DNA of 64,000 bases from Endomicrobium sp. Its GTDB lineage: Bacteria > Elusimicrobiota > Endomicrobiia > Endomicrobiales > Endomicrobiaceae. The position numbers and the translations under genes are program-made. This document shows, piece by piece, positions 60,717-64,000 of the stretch. Within the stretch, counting starts at the first letter, position 1. Every line of letters begins with the position of its first letter. The notes under the pieces are model-generated. The model was given only the letters and a program-made list of their open reading frames with translations. It was not told the origin of the DNA and searched no databases. The stretch spans positions 7,281 to 71,280 of the forward strand of contig JAITPF010000006.1 in NCBI GenBank assembly GCA_031289585.1, written 5' to 3'.

Positions 60717-61814
60717 ATGAAATTTTTTAAAAGAATACAGACTAGAAAAATTAATATTGATGGTGTTACAATAGGCGGAGGATCTCCAATTGTAGTCCAG
60801 TCTATGACAAATACAAATTCTAGAGACTGGAAAGCTACTGTAAAACAAATTAAACAACTTCAAGAAGCAGGTTGCGAAATTGTTCGTGTTTCTCTTCCAG
60901 ATATGGAAGCAGCTTATAATGTAAGTAAAATAAAGAAAAATATTAAAATTCCGTTAGTGGCAGATATTCATTTTGATTATAGAATAGCGCTTGAAGCAAT
61001 AAAGCAGGGTATTGATAAATTGAGAATTAATCCAGGAAATATAGGTTCAAAAGATAGAGTTGAAGCTTTAGTAAAAGAAGCAAAAAAGGCGCATATCCCT
61101 ATACGAATTGGGGTTAATGCGGGATCTTTAAAAAAAGTATATAACTTTTCTGATAATTTTTCGCGGGCAAAAGCTCTTGCAAATGCTGCAATGGAACATG
61201 TGAAAATTTTAGAGAAACATAGTTTCCAAGACGTAGTTGTTTCTTTGAAAGCTTCAAATATTGATACAACAGTGCAAGCATATAAAATTTTTGCTTCAAA
61301 AAGAAATTATCCTCTTCATTTAGGTATAACTGAAGCAGGTTCAATTTTCAGTGGAACTGTAAAATCTAGCGCGGGACTTGGTATAATGTTATATTATGGT
61401 ATTGGTGATACGATTAGAGTTTCTCTTACTGCAGATCCTGTTGAAGAAGTTAAGACGGCTTATTCTCTTTTACAATCTATGGAACTTCGTAATTCAGGTA
61501 TAGAGATTGTATCTTGCCCAACATGCGCCAGATGCGAAGTTGATTTAATAAAAATAGTTTCAGAAGTTGAAAAGAAAATTTCTACAATGAAAGGTTTAAA
61601 AAAACTTTCTAAACCTATAAAAGTGGCTTTAATGGGTTGTGTTGTAAATGGTCCCGGAGAAGCAAAAGATGCAGATTTTGGCATAGCTGGTGGAAAACAC
61701 ACGGGAATATTATTTAAAGACGGTAAAGTTATAGGAAAAGTCAGTTCAGATAAGTGGGTTGAAAAGGTTATTTCTATGATAAAACAATACTCTGTCATTG
61801 CTAGAAAATTGTAG
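60717..61814 (+). CDS. ispG: HMBPP synthase
   Basis: VQSMTNT, ADIHFD, RINPGN, GDTIRVSLT, SCPTCAR, GCVVNGPGE. Confidence 0.97.
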   Translation: MKFFKRIQTRKINIDGVTIGGGSPIVVQSMTNTNSRDWKATVKQIKQLQEAGCEIVRVSLPDMEAAYNVSKIKKNIKIPLVADIHFDYRIALEAIKQGIDKLRINPGNIGSKDRVEALVKEAKKAHIPIRIGVNAGSLKKVYNFSDNFSRAKALANAAMEHVKILEKHSFQDVVVSLKASNIDTTVQAYKIFASKRNYPLHLGITEAGSIFSGTVKSSAGLGIMLYYGIGDTIRVSLTADPVEEVKTAYSLLQSMELRNSGIEIVSCPTCARCEVDLIKIVSEVEKKISTMKGLKKLSKPIKVALMGCVVNGPGEAKDADFGIAGGKHTGILFKDGKVIGKVSSDKWVEKVISMIKQYSVIARKL

Positions 61815-61882
61815 ATTTTTGTGACAAGTTTATTATTAAAAACTTGTGCAATGAACATGGTTTGTTTGAAAGAGGTGAAAAG

Positions 61883-62347
61883 ATGGCAGAAATTTATTTA
61901 ACTAGAGAAGGCAGAGAAAAACTTATTAAAGAATTGGAAGAACTTCAAAAGAGAAAGCCTCTGATTCAAGAAGAAATTGCTCTAGCAAGAGAACACGGTG
62001 ATTTAAGAGAAAATGCGGAATATCATGCCGCAAAAGAAACCCTTACTAATCTTATGCGCAGAATTATGGAACTTGACTCGAAAATAGCGTGTGCAAAAAT
62101 TATTGAAGAACAAAATATTGATTCAGATAAAGTATTTATTGGTGTCACTATAACAATACAGGACGAAGATGGTAATGATTATGAATATACTATTGTGGAT
62201 TTAGAAGAAGCAGATCTTGCTGCAAACAAAATATCAGTACAATCTCCACTTGTACAGGGATTGTTGGGACATAAAGCCGGCGAGACCTGTGAAGTGGAAC
62301 TTCCTGCAGGCAAAACAAAATTTAAAATTTTAAAAATTGCCAGATAG
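61883..62347 (+). CDS. greA: Transcription elongation factor GreA
   Basis: AREHGDLRENAEYHAAKE, IS..SPL; GAGGTG RBS. Confidence 0.96.
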   Translation: MAEIYLTREGREKLIKELEELQKRKPLIQEEIALAREHGDLRENAEYHAAKETLTNLMRRIMELDSKIACAKIIEEQNIDSDKVFIGVTITIQDEDGNDYEYTIVDLEEADLAANKISVQSPLVQGLLGHKAGETCEVELPAGKTKFKILKIAR

Positions 62348-62357
62348 TCAATTTTTG

Positions 62358-62775
62358 CCGTCATTGCGAGGAAGGGACAAAGTCCTGACGAAGCGATCTG
62401 CGTCGGTAACTCCCGTCGTCATTGCGAATCGACGAAGTCGATGAAGCAATCTATGTTGTTAAGGACAGATTGCCACGTTGCTTCGCAACTCGCAATGACG
62501 GACAGGGCAAAAGGGAAGATTGCCGCGCTAACTTCGTTAGCTCGAAATGACGGATAAGACTAAAAGAACAGATTGCCATGTTGCTTCGCAACTCGCAATG
62601 ACGGACAAGATTGAAAGAAAGATTGTCACGCCTACTTCGTAGGCTCGCAATGACGGACAGGACGGATTCCCGTTTTCACGGGAATGACACTTTATTTTGT
62701 TGTCATTACGAGGAGGGGCAGAGCCCCAACGAAGCAATCTGCGTTGTTGAAAGAGAAAGATTGCCATAGCCCTTA
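62358..62775. repeat. Tandem array of about 9 REP-like family A hairpin modules
   Basis: Forward units GTCATTRCGA-[hairpin]-GAAGCRATCT, reverse units AGATTGYCRYG-[hairpin]-CTCGMAATGACG about every 50 bp, and one GGATTCCCGTTTTCACGGGAATGAC unit. Confidence 0.9.
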
Positions 62776-62786
62776 GATAAATAGGA

Positions 62787-64000
62787 ATGAGTATGAAAAA
62801 TGAAAAATACACTGAAGATATAACTTTGCGAGAAATGCAAATTCATATAGGGAAGAGTAATTTTGGGTACGTTTTTCCACAAGGTAATGTTGAAAATTTT
62901 ATTGGGATAATTGATTGTCTTAAAACAGCAGGCGGAAAACCTAAAAGTTGTGATTTACAAGATTACGCAAATGGCGGAAAAGGGAAAGCGCAACCCGAAT
63001 ATATAATAACGTTTGATAAGAAGCCTGATACGATTATTGTCGTTGAATGTAAGAAAAATATAAAAGAACATATTAGCGAAGCTTTATCACAGCCTAAAAA
63101 ATACGCTGTTGATGGCGTTTTGTATTATGCTAAGTTTTTGAAAGACAGATATAATGTAATTGCGGTGGCTAGCAGCGGAACAACTAAAGAAAAATTTAAG
63201 ACAAATACATATTATTGGCAAAAAGGGCAATCAAATTATTTAGAATTAGAAAATTTAAAAAACATAATAGTTGAACCGCAAATATATCTAAATGTGATTG
63301 AAGGTAAAAAAGTTGAAAAAGCATATTCATTAGAAGATATAAAGATTGTTGCTCTAAATATGAATAATGCTTTGAGAGAGCTTGGATTTACGCAAAAATA
63401 TAAACCAATTTTTATTGCTGGAATTTTGATAGCGTTAGAAAATGAAGCATTTGAAAGCGAGTATAAGAATTTGTCAAGTTTTGACAGTATAATTAATCAA
63501 TTAAAATGGGCAATAAATGAGGTTTTGTCAAGTAGTGGGATTAAAAAAGAGTATGTAACAATAATAAAAAACGCATTTGACGGTATTGGCAATAATGTGG
63601 AGTTAAAAAGATTACCTTTGGGGCAGGATAATTCTATAACTTGGTTTATAGACGAACTATCAACTAAGATAAAACCTATGATGAACTATAGTAATAATAC
63701 AATAGATGCGTTAGGTATTTTTTATCAGGAATTTGTGAAATATAGTAGTAATGATGGTAAAGATTTAGGGATGGTTTTAACCCCATGGCATTTAACGGAT
63801 TTTATGTGTGATATTGCCGGCGTTAATAAAAATAGCAGGATTGTGGATATATGTTGTGGTTCTGGTGCTTTTTTGGTAACTGCTATGGGTAAAATGTTTA
63901 AAGAGGCAAATGATAAAGAGAAGGACAGAATACGAAAAGAGCAATTATATGGTGTAGAAAAGAATGACGATTTATATATATTATCGGTTGCCAATATGAT
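62787..64000 (+). CDS. BcgI-like fused restriction endonuclease/N6-adenine methyltransferase (runs off window)
   Basis: MSMKNEKYTE...GKGKAQPEYII...IVVECK...YAVDGVLYYA (PD-(D/E)xK-like), then FYQEFVKY...LGMVLTPWHLTDFM, DICCGSGAFL (motif I). Confidence 0.8.
   Translation, partial: MSMKNEKYTEDITLREMQIHIGKSNFGYVFPQGNVENFIGIIDCLKTAGGKPKSCDLQDYANGGKGKAQPEYIITFDKKPDTIIVVECKKNIKEHISEALSQPKKYAVDGVLYYAKFLKDRYNVIAVASSGTTKEKFKTNTYYWQKGQSNYLELENLKNIIVEPQIYLNVIEGKKVEKAYSLEDIKIVALNMNNALRELGFTQKYKPIFIAGILIALENEAFESEYKNLSSFDSIINQLKWAINEVLSSSGIKKEYVTIIKNAFDGIGNNVELKRLPLGQDNSITWFIDELSTKIKPMMNYSNNTIDALGIFYQEFVKYSSNDGKDLGMVLTPWHLTDFMCDIAGVNKNSRIVDICCGSGAFLVTAMGKMFKEANDKEKDRIRKEQLYGVEKNDDLYILSVANM

Noticed and set aside
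62358-62775. CRISPR array
   Set aside because: Units change orientation, the variable part lies inside the hairpin, linkers are only about 16-20 nt, the same units are dispersed elsewhere, and there are no cas genes in the window

Overview
AT-rich bacterial chromosomal window, mostly co-oriented housekeeping genes on the + strand. Gene content, gene order and scattered gene decay suggest an Endomicrobium-like (Elusimicrobiota) host-associated genome; this is an inference. Core genes: lpxK(partial)-gmhB, purC-S-L-Q, dapL, queF, murC-murB-ddl-ftsQAZ, CIRCE-groESL, a cobalamin riboswitch with cobO-btuFCDB, carboxynorspermidine genes, yggS-proC-yggU, ileS, ruvB-queH-spoIID-queA, and rpsB-tsf-pyrH-frr-ferredoxin-uppS-cdsA-dxr-rseP-fic-ispG-greA. 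The window ends in a BcgI-like restriction-modification gene. Features missed by the ORF track: a 57-aa ferredoxin, remnants of recN, a rubredoxin domain and an IS481-type transposase, a frameshifted HEPN toxin, and two dispersed repeat families (modular REP-like hairpin units and a TIR-bearing MITE). Strongest novelty candidates: (i) a translationally coupled operon of a CpXC protein, a secreted tandem-SpoVG-like protein and two membrane diguanylate cyclases; (ii) a covarying REP-like hairpin array whose composite copies also flank the pur operon in inverted orientation; (iii) a GT-C/PAP2 fusion operon sharing one palindromic -35 with a divergent porin-GH57 operon; (iv) a 10-Cys repeat-containing secreted protein in a small mobile island; (v) an unassigned structured RNA upstream of dapL.
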